Shown here: positions 10,100 through 19,940 of the stretch, one piece after another | Layout of the letters: the number at the start of each line of letters is the position of its first letter | How positions within the stretch are numbered: the first letter of the stretch is position 1 | Virus record (IMG/VR): IMGVR_UViG_3300022927_001391 | Span: 1-64,000 of that record | Direction: 5' to 3' (one strand) | DNA from: a virus | Length of the DNA: 64,000 nucleotides | The notes under the pieces: generated by a model | The model's input: the letters and a program-made list of their open reading frames with translations, nothing else | Database searches by the model: none | Told to the model about the DNA's origin: nothing | Program-made: the position numbers and the translations under genes

Positions 10100-10407
10100 T
10101 TACAGAGCAGCAAATACGTCAATCCCTAGAACAAGTAAACGACCCACATGTGCCTGTTCCGATAAGTAGCATGGGCATGTTACGTGACATTACAGTTAAC
10201 AACAATAATGTTCACGTAGAAGTCTGTATACCATGTATGGGCTGTCCGGGCACTGGAGGACTAGTACAAGACATTAAAGATTGCCTATCAGCTATACCAG
10301 GCATAGGCACTGTAGATGTAGAGCTAGCATTTCATTTGCCGTGGGATAGAGACATGGTAACAGATGAAGTAAAGGAAAAAATGCGTCTTAACGGCATTCA
10401 AATTTGA
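10096..10407 (+). CDS. PaaD/SufT-like (DUF59) Fe-S/metal assembly protein
   Basis: LEQVNDPHVPVPISSMG...GCP...PWDRDM; GTGA overlap. Confidence 0.8.
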   Translation: MITEQQIRQSLEQVNDPHVPVPISSMGMLRDITVNNNNVHVEVCIPCMGCPGTGGLVQDIKDCLSAIPGIGTVDVELAFHLPWDRDMVTDEVKEKMRLNGIQI

Positions 10408-10418
10408 GGAGCAGGAAT

Positions 10419-10694
10419 GTGTGGGAAATGATTGAACGTATGGCGAGCGATCGTCTATGGATTTATACAAGTATAGCAGGTAGTATTGCAGGTGCTGCCT
10501 GTTTAGCATATCTGAGCACAACAAGAGTAGGCTTATGGGGATATGCAAAGTTTGATAAGATTGTTGATTTCTTAGTAGAACGCTGGGGACTAACCTGGCT
10601 AGAGCAACCAGAGGATGCTTGGCGTAAACGCTATCCAAAAATTACAGCTAAGATAGACGAACTTGAGGAACGCATCAAAAAATTAGAGAAGTAA
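10419..10694 (+). CDS. Small membrane protein
   Basis: One TM plus coiled-coil end; GTG after GAGGAG. Confidence 0.6.
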   Translation: MWEMIERMASDRLWIYTSIAGSIAGAACLAYLSTTRVGLWGYAKFDKIVDFLVERWGLTWLEQPEDAWRKRYPKITAKIDELEERIKKLEK

Positions 10695-10792
10695 CAAAAC
10701 TTTAACACTTTTTCCACACCCTTTTTTGTAAATAAAGTTGAAGCACGTATACAAATATAGTATACTCAATTATTAGCAGAGGGAGACACACA

Positions 10793-11752
10793 GTGGAATT
10801 AGTTACTTTTTGGATGGCCATAGGATTTCTCATGGCCGCTTACAGTGTTATAGCAAATGACAGTGTACAAACGCTAGGCACTTGGATTGCTAGCAATCAC
10901 GAACGTTTTAATTATAAAATTCTTTGGGCCGCCTCTTCGGCGGTTCTTTTATGGGCATTGTGGTACGGATGGTACGTCAATGGTGGGGATATTAGTTACG
11001 GGCGACTAACTAAAATTCCATTTATTGAGGTGCAATGGTATCATGCAGTAGCACCAGCAGTACTGTTATTAATGACAAGGGTGGGCGTACCAGTTAGTAC
11101 GTCCTTTTTAGTCTTAAGTGCATTTGCTAGTACGTTTGTATTAGAAAAGATGCTTATGAAATCAATCATGGGCTATGCTATTGCAGCAATCAGTGCATAT
11201 GCTCTGTGGCACATTGTCAGTAGACTTATTGATGAAAAGAAACCAATTGGTGATCACTGGAGTAGACCATACTGGCGTGTAGCACAGTGGGGAACAACAG
11301 GGTTGCTATGGTGGACATGGTTAAGTCATGACATGGCTAACATTGCAGTGTTCTTACCAAGACAGATTCCTGTAGACTTAATGATTGTTATTAGTGTCAT
11401 CTTTGTTGGCGGGCTAGCATGGATGTTCAAGGAGCGTGGCGGTAAGATCCAAAACATTGTGTTGGAAAAAAGCACCACACGATATATTAGAAGTGCTACG
11501 CTAATTGATCTAGTGTATTTTGTAATTCTCTACTTCTTTAAGGAACTTAACAGTATTCCAATGAGCACAACATGGGTATTCGTAGGCTTGTTAACAGGTA
11601 GAGAACTTGCTATTGCTACGGTTCATAATACTAAGATGAAGCAGGTATTCCCGCTGGTAACTAAAGACTTTATTAAAATGATGATTGGTTTAGGTGCTAG
11701 TGTAGGTATAGTTTTGTTCATTCATTACCTAGTTGTTCCAAACGGCTGGTAA
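10793..11752 (+). CDS. PiT/PHO4-related phosphate (or sulfate) transporter-like membrane protein
   Basis: Internal repeat ANDSVQT..GVPVSTS / HDMANIA..IPMSTT; about 9-10 TM. Confidence 0.65.
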   Translation: MELVTFWMAIGFLMAAYSVIANDSVQTLGTWIASNHERFNYKILWAASSAVLLWALWYGWYVNGGDISYGRLTKIPFIEVQWYHAVAPAVLLLMTRVGVPVSTSFLVLSAFASTFVLEKMLMKSIMGYAIAAISAYALWHIVSRLIDEKKPIGDHWSRPYWRVAQWGTTGLLWWTWLSHDMANIAVFLPRQIPVDLMIVISVIFVGGLAWMFKERGGKIQNIVLEKSTTRYIRSATLIDLVYFVILYFFKELNSIPMSTTWVFVGLLTGRELAIATVHNTKMKQVFPLVTKDFIKMMIGLGASVGIVLFIHYLVVPNGW

Positions 11753-12308
11753 TAAGTTCTACTACTCGTTTACTCTGTACGATCTCGTAGTGATTGCGGT
11801 CTATTTCTATAAACTGCATATCACTACGAGACATCATACTATCTCTAGTAACAATACCATCATTCTTCCCCATTATCCAGGGAACACTGCCTACAGTAGT
11901 AACAACCTGAGTCCAGGGAATGTTTATTGATATATTTCTACTGTATTCTATAAAAGAACTTTCTGGAGTTATATCTCTAAAAAGTTTATAGCCAGGATTC
12001 ATGAATCTAGCCCAGCTAGCTATTTCACTACCGTTATAAGGAGTAGCAAGTGTAACCCCACCCTTTACTCGTTCAGGGAATTCATCTAAAATATACAGAT
12101 TGTATATACCTCCCAGACTGTGGCCTATTAGAAACAACTCGTCATCATCATAACTAAGTTCTTCAATAAATCTGTCAATGTTATTACTTGCTGTTGAAGT
12201 AGAGCTATCATAATTACAAAAATGCGTTCTATCATAATCTATAGATTGCTGAATAAACGCAAAACTTCTTTCCGACCCATTGGCGCCGTGTGTGTAAACT
12301 ATTCTCAT
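11718..12308 (-). CDS. Alpha/beta hydrolase (lipase/esterase-like)
   Basis: THG, GHSLGG nucleophile elbow, TPYNGS, NDGIV, NH; start moved to ATG 12308. Confidence 0.8.
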   Translation of the reverse strand: MRIVYTHGANGSERSFAFIQQSIDYDRTHFCNYDSSTSTASNNIDRFIEELSYDDDELFLIGHSLGGIYNLYILDEFPERVKGGVTLATPYNGSEIASWARFMNPGYKLFRDITPESSFIEYSRNISINIPWTQVVTTVGSVPWIMGKNDGIVTRDSMMSRSDMQFIEIDRNHYEIVQSKRVVELITSRLEQLGNE

Positions 12309-12313
12309 ATGAA

Positions 12314-12325
12314 TATTTATAAATA
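12314..12325. promoter_or_regulatory. Palindromic bidirectional late promoter TATTTATAAATA
   Basis: TATAAATA on both strands between divergent genes. Confidence 0.6.
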
Positions 12326-12354
12326 CACAAAATAAGCAATCGAGGAGAGTAGAT

Positions 12355-12690
12355 ATGGCAGACGGAGCAGAACCAATTAGACGCAAGATTGAATTAGAAG
12401 TAGAATTAGATACTAGTGAAAAAGTAGTATTACCAAACAAGTATCAGAACATTATTGATCTTGCTAAAGCAGTAGACGCTTGGAGAATTTTCCCAAGACT
12501 ATTCCTAACAGTGTACATTATTTTATTGTACAAAACTGTGATTTGGTTTATGGCACTTGAAGATCCAAACATGAATCAAGCAGGACTTATCTCAGTAGTA
12601 GTAGGTGCTGGCGCAGCATGGTTTGGTTTATATACAGGCAGCAGTAAAAAGTTTGATGGCCCTGCTCCAACTGCTCCTGCTAAAAAATAA
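12355..12690 (+). CDS. 2-TM holin-like membrane protein
   Basis: WRIFPR followed by two TM segments; late promoter. Confidence 0.5.
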   Translation: MADGAEPIRRKIELEVELDTSEKVVLPNKYQNIIDLAKAVDAWRIFPRLFLTVYIILLYKTVIWFMALEDPNMNQAGLISVVVGAGAAWFGLYTGSSKKFDGPAPTAPAKK

Positions 12691-12696
12691 TAGCAG

Positions 12697-12724
12697 TTGA
12701 CAATATAATTCATTAATGTATAAT
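12697..12724 (+). promoter_or_regulatory. Sigma70-type promoter TTGACA-N16-TATAAT
   Basis: Consensus boxes; ATG 7 nt after -10 (probably leaderless). Confidence 0.65.
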
Positions 12725-12731
12725 TACATGT

Positions 12732-13586
12732 ATGGATTACTATGAAACTTTAGGTGTAAAGCCCACCGCCACTGATGATGAGATCAAGAGTGCCTTTAGA
12801 TTAAAAGCAAAGGAGTATCATCCTGATCGTGGCGGTGATAAGGCTAAGTTTCAGCAAATTAATGAAGCTTATGATACACTAAAGGATAATAGTAAACGAA
12901 AGCAATATGATTATACACGCAGTGGTGCAAGACATAACAATTTCCACTTTAACATAAATGGACAGGACTTTAGTGGTGATCAATTTGGAGATGTCTTCGC
13001 TGACTTACACAGTGTATTTGGAGATCGTTTCGGATTTAGAAAAGCCAGACACCCAGGTCGTAATAAAGATCTCAATGTAACAGTTGAACTAGAATTACGA
13101 GATTTAATTAATATAGTAAAAAAGACTTTAAGTATAAGACACACTACCGGTGAACGGAAACTTGTAGACATTACGCTACCTCCTGGTGCAGAAAATAATA
13201 CAACAATGCGCTACAGAGGTTTAGGCGATAGTGCTATACCTAATTTGCCGCCTGGTGATCTATTTGTGGGTGTAAGAATTAACCCCGAGCGAAACTTCGT
13301 TGCTCAAGGATTTAATCTTATGACAACTGCTACTATTGATGCCTTTATGGCAATGGTAGGTGGCAAGATATTAGTAAAAACAATCGATGGTAAAAATATA
13401 AGTTTAACAATACCAGAAGGTACACAGTACGGAACTGTAATGAGTGTGCCGGGATATGGATTACTTGATAAGTCAGGAATACGAGCAAATATGCTTGTAC
13501 AGATATTAGTTAAAATTCCTGAGAACCTAACTCAGGATCGGTTAAATACAATTAGAAGAATGATGGGAGTTAACATTGAAGTTTAG
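12732..13586 (+). CDS. dnaJ: DnaJ/CbpA-type co-chaperone
   Basis: J domain DYYETLG...HPD; C-terminal DnaJ_C domain; no Zn finger. Confidence 0.9.
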   Translation: MDYYETLGVKPTATDDEIKSAFRLKAKEYHPDRGGDKAKFQQINEAYDTLKDNSKRKQYDYTRSGARHNNFHFNINGQDFSGDQFGDVFADLHSVFGDRFGFRKARHPGRNKDLNVTVELELRDLINIVKKTLSIRHTTGERKLVDITLPPGAENNTTMRYRGLGDSAIPNLPPGDLFVGVRINPERNFVAQGFNLMTTATIDAFMAMVGGKILVKTIDGKNISLTIPEGTQYGTVMSVPGYGLLDKSGIRANMLVQILVKIPENLTQDRLNTIRRMMGVNIEV

Positions 13587-15861
13587 TAAAGACATAGAAA
13601 AAATTGTTGAGGCAGCTACCAACTACGCATTTGCTAACAAAAGCAAATATGTTATGAGCGAACATCTACTATTGGCTTTACTTGATAATAAAAATTTTTA
13701 CAAAATATTAGTTGAGTATGGCATTGAAGCAGAAGCATTCCATAATGACGTCAAAGACTATGTAGCAAATAAAATCATAAAGCAGCATGGACTTGTACCT
13801 AACGCCATTATAAAAACTCAGGTTATAGAACGTATATTTAACCGCGCCTACACACAAGTATTGTTTAGTGGCAGAGATAAACTAACATCTTTCGACCTCT
13901 TTATTAGCATAATGGGTGAGAATAACACCCATAGCAATTACTTTATTATGAAGTATGGCGTTAGTAAAGAAGAATTTATTACATTTGTACAAAACTATTT
14001 GAGTAAAGCACAAAACAATGCTGAGAAACGCAACTATTATGCTAATGTACTAGAGGAATATTGTACTAATCTAAATGTACTTGCTAAAGACAACAAGATT
14101 GATCCTGTAATTGGCAGAGAAGATGAGCTAGATGAGATTTGTCAGACTTTTGCTAAACGCAATAAGAGCAATGTTTTGCTTGTGGGTGATCCTGGTGTAG
14201 GTAAAACAGCAATTGCTGAGGGACTTGCCAAACGTGTTGTGGATGGGCAGGTACCCAAATATCTCAAAGGATATAAAGTTTTTAATCTTGAGGTAGGAAC
14301 ATTACTTGCTGGTACACAGTATAGAGGCCAGTTTGAAGAGCGAGTTAAGGAAGTTATCGAGGCTCTAACTGAAACAGAGAAATGTATTCTGTTTATTGAC
14401 GAAGCTCATACAATGGCAGGAGCCGGTGCTGGCGGAAATGGCGGTACTGACTTTGCCAATATGCTGAAGCCTGCATTGGGCAAAGGAAAACTTAAAGTTA
14501 TAGCCAGTACTACCTGGGAAGAATATACCAAGAGCTTTGAAAAAGACCGCGCACTAATGCGCCGCTTCTATCGTATTACTGTGGATGAACCCACAGCAGA
14601 AGTTGCCAAAAAAATATTGCTGGCAACGAAACCCTACTATGAAAAGTTCCATTCAGCCACTATTATGCCGGAAGCAATCATCAGCGCAGTTGATTTGAGT
14701 ATTCGTTATCAGGCTGATAAAAGATTACCAGATAAGGCATTTGATTTAGTAGATAGTGCTTGTGCTAGACAGCGCAGATTGGAAGTAATAAATCCGGTTA
14801 TTACAAAAGACAGTATTAAGCTAGAAATTAGCAAGAGTACTAATATTCCACTGGACAGTTTGGAAACCAAAGATGCTCCCATAACAAATGTTATGGAGAT
14901 CGAGGATAAGATTAAAGCTAAACTGTATGGACAGGATAGTGCTGTAGAAACTGTGATGGAACATGTTTATGTTAGCAAGGCTGGGCTTAGTGCTAGTGAT
15001 AAACCAGTGGGTAGTTTTGTGTTTATTGGACCTACTGGTACTGGTAAGACTGAACTTGCTAAACAACTTGCTGAAAATTTAAGCATGAAACTACTGCGCT
15101 ATGACATGAGCGAATATCAGGAAAAACACAGTGTTGCTCGTTTTATTGGTGCTCCCCCGGGATATGTGGGCTATGAGGACAGTAATTTGAGTGGTGGGTT
15201 GTTGATTAAAGATATCGAACGCAAACCACATAGTGTTATCCTGTTTGACGAAATCGAGAAGGCACATCCTGATGTAAGCAATGTTCTGTTACAGATGCTA
15301 GACGAGGGATATATCACAAGCAGTAATGGCAAACGAGCAGATGCTCGAAACTGTATCATAATTATGACTACCAACCTGGGTGCTGAAATGGCCGAACGTA
15401 ATACTATTGGTTTTGGTAGTCTGGAAAGAACTGGCGAGGAAGAAGCAGCCTTTAAGGAATTCTTCCGTCCGGAGTTCCGTAATCGTATATCAGGTGTTTG
15501 TAAGTTCAACAAGCTAGACGATCTGAGCAAGCGCAAGGTTGTTATGAAGTTTATCAAATCTCTTGAAGCACAGTTACAAGAAAAAAGTATTCGTATTATT
15601 GTAAATGAACAAGCAATTGACAAGCTCATTGAGATTGGTTACGATGACAAAATGGGAGCAAGGCCCTTGGATAGGTGTATCAACAAATACTTGCGAGTAC
15701 CTATTAGTAGACAAATATTGGTTGACAAAAACTTATCTAATAGTAAAATAAAGATAGGAGTTGAGGGTTCAAACTTTATCATAATATTTAGGAACAGTAA
15801 TGTCGACACAACCAAAGAAGACCCATCCGCCGGAAGTACAAGAATTAGCGTCCCAGTATAA
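13576..15861 (+). CDS. clpA: ClpA-like AAA+ unfoldase
   Basis: Clp N domain, two Walker A motifs ([16 protein letters not shown]), IGF ClpP-docking loop, no ClpB M-domain. Confidence 0.85.
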   Translation: MKFSKDIEKIVEAATNYAFANKSKYVMSEHLLLALLDNKNFYKILVEYGIEAEAFHNDVKDYVANKIIKQHGLVPNAIIKTQVIERIFNRAYTQVLFSGRDKLTSFDLFISIMGENNTHSNYFIMKYGVSKEEFITFVQNYLSKAQNNAEKRNYYANVLEEYCTNLNVLAKDNKIDPVIGREDELDEICQTFAKRNKSNVLLVGDPGVGKTAIAEGLAKRVVDGQVPKYLKGYKVFNLEVGTLLAGTQYRGQFEERVKEVIEALTETEKCILFIDEAHTMAGAGAGGNGGTDFANMLKPALGKGKLKVIASTTWEEYTKSFEKDRALMRRFYRITVDEPTAEVAKKILLATKPYYEKFHSATIMPEAIISAVDLSIRYQADKRLPDKAFDLVDSACARQRRLEVINPVITKDSIKLEISKSTNIPLDSLETKDAPITNVMEIEDKIKAKLYGQDSAVETVMEHVYVSKAGLSASDKPVGSFVFIGPTGTGKTELAKQLAENLSMKLLRYDMSEYQEKHSVARFIGAPPGYVGYEDSNLSGGLLIKDIERKPHSVILFDEIEKAHPDVSNVLLQMLDEGYITSSNGKRADARNCIIIMTTNLGAEMAERNTIGFGSLERTGEEEAAFKEFFRPEFRNRISGVCKFNKLDDLSKRKVVMKFIKSLEAQLQEKSIRIIVNEQAIDKLIEIGYDDKMGARPLDRCINKYLRVPISRQILVDKNLSNSKIKIGVEGSNFIIIFRNSNVDTTKEDPSAGSTRISVPV

Positions 15862-16441
15862 AGTATCTGTCAAACTAAGTGATAGAAAATTCTATGGCAA
15901 GTACCAGTACAGGTTTACCTACTGGTTTTTAAAAAACAATGGTTATGCTAGCTACTTACAGACGATATGTTTAATTAGAGATCAAGCAGTAGCAAATGGT
16001 TTAGATATCAAGGCAAGACACGAAGGTCGATATGGTAATTTCTATACAAATGACCTAGAACATTGCAATGTAATCACAAGCTGGCTAGGAGAAAATACTA
16101 GACTGTCTGAAATAGCATATAGTTTGGACATTACTAAAAATACTAGAATTAGAAAAACTAATTTGCCGTTCGGTGGATGTAGATGGCAGATAGAGTTAAC
16201 GAATGTTAATACACCTGAAAAGTTCCAGAATATTCTCCAGTTTTATAATAACTATCAGTCTGACATAGTGCCCAATAAAACATTTAATAAATCAATCGAT
16301 AGTCAAAGATTTTATAGGTGGTATCCAGGGTCATTATACTTTCTAAAAGAAGAGATCCTACAACTGTTTTGCCTGAGTCATCCGGATTCAGTTAGCAAAA
16401 TTATTGAATACAAACTACTATCCGAAATGGAAAACGTCTAA
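15800..16441 (+). CDS. Hypothetical protein
   Basis: ORF; TTGACA-N16-TAAAAT at 15722..15749 upstream. Confidence 0.6.
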   Translation: MSTQPKKTHPPEVQELASQYKVSVKLSDRKFYGKYQYRFTYWFLKNNGYASYLQTICLIRDQAVANGLDIKARHEGRYGNFYTNDLEHCNVITSWLGENTRLSEIAYSLDITKNTRIRKTNLPFGGCRWQIELTNVNTPEKFQNILQFYNNYQSDIVPNKTFNKSIDSQRFYRWYPGSLYFLKEEILQLFCLSHPDSVSKIIEYKLLSEMENV

Positions 16442-16707
16442 TGGAAAAACTATTTGCTACACTGATCGAACGCAATTTAATTAATACTAACACTGTAGTA
16501 ACGGCAACATTGCCTACTGTGATTTTTGGTGGTGCTGTAGTTGATAAGCGCAGGGAACTACACTGGAACTCAAAGATTCCCTGTGATAGTATTCATGAAA
16601 TCGAAGGCATGGACCCAGTTAGGTATGCTCGTAGTTATGATATTAAGCCTGATGGCAGTGTCAAAACCTATAAGAGACGAGGTCGTAAACCAAAAGTAAC
16701 AGCATAA
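16441..16707 (+). CDS. Hypothetical protein with AT-hook-like KRRGRKPK tail
   Basis: Coupled ORF. Confidence 0.6.
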   Translation: MEKLFATLIERNLINTNTVVTATLPTVIFGGAVVDKRRELHWNSKIPCDSIHEIEGMDPVRYARSYDIKPDGSVKTYKRRGRKPKVTA

Positions 16708-16730
16708 ATACTCTATATAGGAGTATTACT

Positions 16731-16895
16731 ATGGCTAAACTCAATGAAGAAATGGTAGTCATTAAAATCAGCAAGCTCTTAAGAGACGACGAAACAGTTA
16801 GTACTATGCTTGATGATGAAATGAGTGCCAGTCTAGAAGCAGTAATTCAGGAACTAGCAGGGTCAGACAAGCTCGTAGAAGTGATTAAAGAATAA
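16731..16895 (+). CDS. Small hypothetical protein (54 aa, absent from ORF track)
   Basis: CATAAATA promoter variant, GGAG RBS, MAKLNEEMVVIKISKLLRDD...; TAATG overlap with next gene. Confidence 0.65.
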   Translation: MAKLNEEMVVIKISKLLRDDETVSTMLDDEMSASLEAVIQELAGSDKLVEVIKE

Positions 16896-17269
16896 TGTCA
16901 GCAACAACCACTATCACCCTATTGACAACTACTTCACATGGAACCGCTGTGGGTAACTATGATGGTTCAAGTGAGAGTTTTAGTAGTGACAAAGTAAAGG
17001 GTGATGGTTATTACGGCTTTGCTGACGGGGTTCACACTGTACAAACTCGTGTAACTAACTTTGTTGGCACTATTAAAGTTCAGGCTACACTGGCAACTAC
17101 GCCAACAAGTACTGACTGGTCAGATATTAGTAATATTATTACTAGTGATGGTAGTACAGCAGTGACTAGTGGATACATGACCAACTTCACTGGAAATTAT
17201 GTTTGGGTACGTATTAGTGTAAGTAGTTTTACATCGGGTACTATTAACTTAGTACAAATGGGCCACTAG
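16895..17269 (+). CDS. Small beta-rich putative virion protein
   Basis: Thr/Ser/Gly-rich; late operon. Confidence 0.55.
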   Translation: MSATTTITLLTTTSHGTAVGNYDGSSESFSSDKVKGDGYYGFADGVHTVQTRVTNFVGTIKVQATLATTPTSTDWSDISNIITSDGSTAVTSGYMTNFTGNYVWVRISVSSFTSGTINLVQMGH

Positions 17270-17277
17270 GAACACTA

Positions 17278-17565
17278 ATGTTATCAGATAAGTTTATACG
17301 GATAACATTGCCTAGGCCACTAACAGTAAGTGAACAAACTCTACTGGGTTTGCTTGTTAACAATCATATTAACGAAAACTTGTATACTGAGTTACAGGAA
17401 GGCGTTGGTGATATTTTTACCGGCACCATTTTCGAAACAGAACTAGGACATTCAATTGAATTCGCCCTTAACCAGGATCTAGACGATACATCAGCAGATA
17501 GTATTGTTGAAGAAGTTTTTAATTACTTTAAAGACTGCGATGTTGAGGTAAGCGGCGGCAAATAA
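17278..17565 (+). CDS. Hypothetical acidic protein
   Basis: ORF with AGGA RBS. Confidence 0.55.
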   Translation: MLSDKFIRITLPRPLTVSEQTLLGLLVNNHINENLYTELQEGVGDIFTGTIFETELGHSIEFALNQDLDDTSADSIVEEVFNYFKDCDVEVSGGK

Positions 17566-17574
17566 AAGGTCGTT

Positions 17575-18774
17575 ATGATTACATGGTTATTTGACCATCG
17601 CACAGATTATGGATATATACCCAATCTTGTCAAGGACCTATCACTTAGGCCTAAAACTAATGCTTGGCATGATTTATGTATACAAAAACCCTACAGCTAT
17701 GAATTCCGCTTTTTAAAATACTGTGATCTGGATAAGGTACAGTACAACTGTGCTCTAGTATCAGAGGACTGGTCTGGGCCGGCTTACTATCCCATCAACT
17801 TAAATTTTTATGATCCTGAGATAGATTACTTTTCTTTAATGGAACCTGAAAGTTTAGCAAAACTAAAAGCAGGTGAGTTTAGAGTTTTATTTTACTATAG
17901 TGAGGGCGATGATCCTAAAATTGATATAGTACCCAGTCTTATAAAGTTGTGTAAACGGCATGATCTAACTTTTAATGATATTAGATTTGTACTGGCAAAC
18001 TGGTCAATTCACGACAAACCTCCGTTTATATACTTTCCAGATGATGAATTATACTATAGGTATCTTCATTCTTACAATAGCAATTTTGTTAGAGATATTA
18101 ATCTAGCCCCAAGAAGTAAAAAAACAACCTGTTTAATCCGAGCTGACAAACTCTGGCGCAGAGTATTTGGTAGTATATTCGTAGATCTTGGATTACATAC
18201 TGACAGTTATTTTAGTTACACTGGTTACAAATACGAAACAAGTAGTATAGATGAGGAAAAGCTATCTGACTGGGAAGCAATTGATGATGAGTTATTAATT
18301 ACATTATGTAGGTTTGAATTAGGAATACCCTACAAGGCTGACGCAAACACAGATCAGGAACACAACAACCATAAACTTATTGACAGAAAGTTCTTTAATG
18401 ACAGTTACTGGAACATAGTTGTAGAAACACATTTTCGTCAGAATACAATATTCCTGACAGAAAAGACATTTAAGCCTATACTAAACTTACAGCCTTTCTG
18501 CATTGTTGGTAACCCTGGAAGTTTACGATTATTAAAGCATCTTGGATATAAAACATTTGGGAATATTATTAACGAAGAATATGACGAGATAGATGATCCA
18601 GAAGCTCGCATGAAAGAAATGCTAGAAATAGCTTACAGCATACATAATAGAAATCACCTCGAACTTCAAAATATTACAGCAGCTATTGTTGATGTATTAA
18701 AACACAATCAGGAAAATTTCCTAAGACCTAAAACAAGTAGAATACAAAACCTACTAAATCAATTGGAATATTAA
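17575..18774 (+). CDS. Putative glycosyltransferase (GT-B-like)
   Basis: WNIVVET...FLTEKTFKPI..QPF motif resembling the GT10 donor-binding region. Confidence 0.55.
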   Translation: MITWLFDHRTDYGYIPNLVKDLSLRPKTNAWHDLCIQKPYSYEFRFLKYCDLDKVQYNCALVSEDWSGPAYYPINLNFYDPEIDYFSLMEPESLAKLKAGEFRVLFYYSEGDDPKIDIVPSLIKLCKRHDLTFNDIRFVLANWSIHDKPPFIYFPDDELYYRYLHSYNSNFVRDINLAPRSKKTTCLIRADKLWRRVFGSIFVDLGLHTDSYFSYTGYKYETSSIDEEKLSDWEAIDDELLITLCRFELGIPYKADANTDQEHNNHKLIDRKFFNDSYWNIVVETHFRQNTIFLTEKTFKPILNLQPFCIVGNPGSLRLLKHLGYKTFGNIINEEYDEIDDPEARMKEMLEIAYSIHNRNHLELQNITAAIVDVLKHNQENFLRPKTSRIQNLLNQLEY

Positions 18775-19488
18775 ATGTCAGAAGAATTAGAACAATCTAT
18801 AGATACAGTACACTTTTGTACACCCTGTTATGGTGGACAAATAAGCGAAGTCACATTTAGCAGTTACTTGCGATTTACCGTCTTCGCAATGCAGACTGGC
18901 GTTAACTTCATGGTAGATACTCTTAGCAATGAGAGTAACATCAATCGCGGACGTAATAGTTTAGTTGCTAAGTTTCTGCGTAATAAATGTTCTCACCTCA
19001 TGTTTGTTGATAGCGATATCCAGTTTAATAACATGGATATTTTAAAACTATTGGGTGCTAATAAAGATGTAATTGGTGGTATATATCCACAAAAAGTTAT
19101 TCCCACCAAGTATGTTGTAAACAGACTACCAGATGCAGAGCCAGAAGGGCGTGATGGTGAGATAATTGAAGTGGATACACTGGGTACTGGGTTTTTACTT
19201 ATTAAGCGTAGTGTATTTGAAAGGATGATTACTGAAGGTGTAGCACAAAAGTATCATGATAATATTGGTTTAGGTGCTGAATTTGATGATTATACTTACA
19301 ACTTCTTTCCAACACAGATTGGTGATGATGGATACTATTTGACTGAGGACTGGGCGTTCTGCCGCAACTGGCGTAAAATGGGTGGACAAATATTTGCAGA
19401 TACTAGTATCAATCTAACGCATGTGGGCTATCATAGATTTGCTGGAGATACTGAAATATTAAAGGAAACAATTAATGGAAACAGTTAA
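18775..19488 (+). CDS. GT-A fold (GT2-like) glycosyltransferase
   Basis: TPCYGG, RN, FVDSD (DxD), GTGFLLIKR, TEDWAFC, LTHVG. Confidence 0.8.
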   Translation: MSEELEQSIDTVHFCTPCYGGQISEVTFSSYLRFTVFAMQTGVNFMVDTLSNESNINRGRNSLVAKFLRNKCSHLMFVDSDIQFNNMDILKLLGANKDVIGGIYPQKVIPTKYVVNRLPDAEPEGRDGEIIEVDTLGTGFLLIKRSVFERMITEGVAQKYHDNIGLGAEFDDYTYNFFPTQIGDDGYYLTEDWAFCRNWRKMGGQIFADTSINLTHVGYHRFAGDTEILKETINGNS

Positions 19489-19933
19489 TTTAAAGTTAGT
19501 ATTAACAGGAACAGGTTGGGAAGATCACTGGCCAAGCTGTAGAGTATCTGTCAATGACACTGAATTCTACAACAATGAGATTATTGGCGAGCAGACAGTT
19601 GAGTTTGATTTAGATTTACAAGATGATAGTGAAAATGTTTTAAAAGTAGAATACTATAACTTAGACTTCCGTAAAGATATAGTACTAAATGACTCAGGCG
19701 AACAAATTAAAAGCAAATATGTTACAATTAATAAGTTATTTGTTGACGACATAGATTGTTGTAATATTCCCTACGATTTAAGCGAAGTATATGTAAATGA
19801 CGGTTGGTATACAAAACAGGATCCACAAGATTTTCCCAATCCACGTAAGAATGAAATGCAATTAAGCTGGAATAGCACCTGGTGTTTAAAGTTTAATAGT
19901 CCAGTCTATCTGTGGTTATTAGAAAACTTATAA
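19475..19933 (+). CDS. Hypothetical protein
   Basis: ORF overlapping upstream gene. Confidence 0.6.
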   Translation: METVNLKLVLTGTGWEDHWPSCRVSVNDTEFYNNEIIGEQTVEFDLDLQDDSENVLKVEYYNLDFRKDIVLNDSGEQIKSKYVTINKLFVDDIDCCNIPYDLSEVYVNDGWYTKQDPQDFPNPRKNEMQLSWNSTWCLKFNSPVYLWLLENL

Positions 19934-19936
19934 ATA
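19929..19936 (+). promoter_or_regulatory. T4-type late promoter TATAAATA
   Basis: Exact motif 4 nt before ATG 19941. Confidence 0.65.
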
Positions 19937-19940
19937 TGGT

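Noticed and set aside
13576-15861. ClpB
   Set aside because: No coiled-coil M-domain and an IGF loop is present, so ClpA-like
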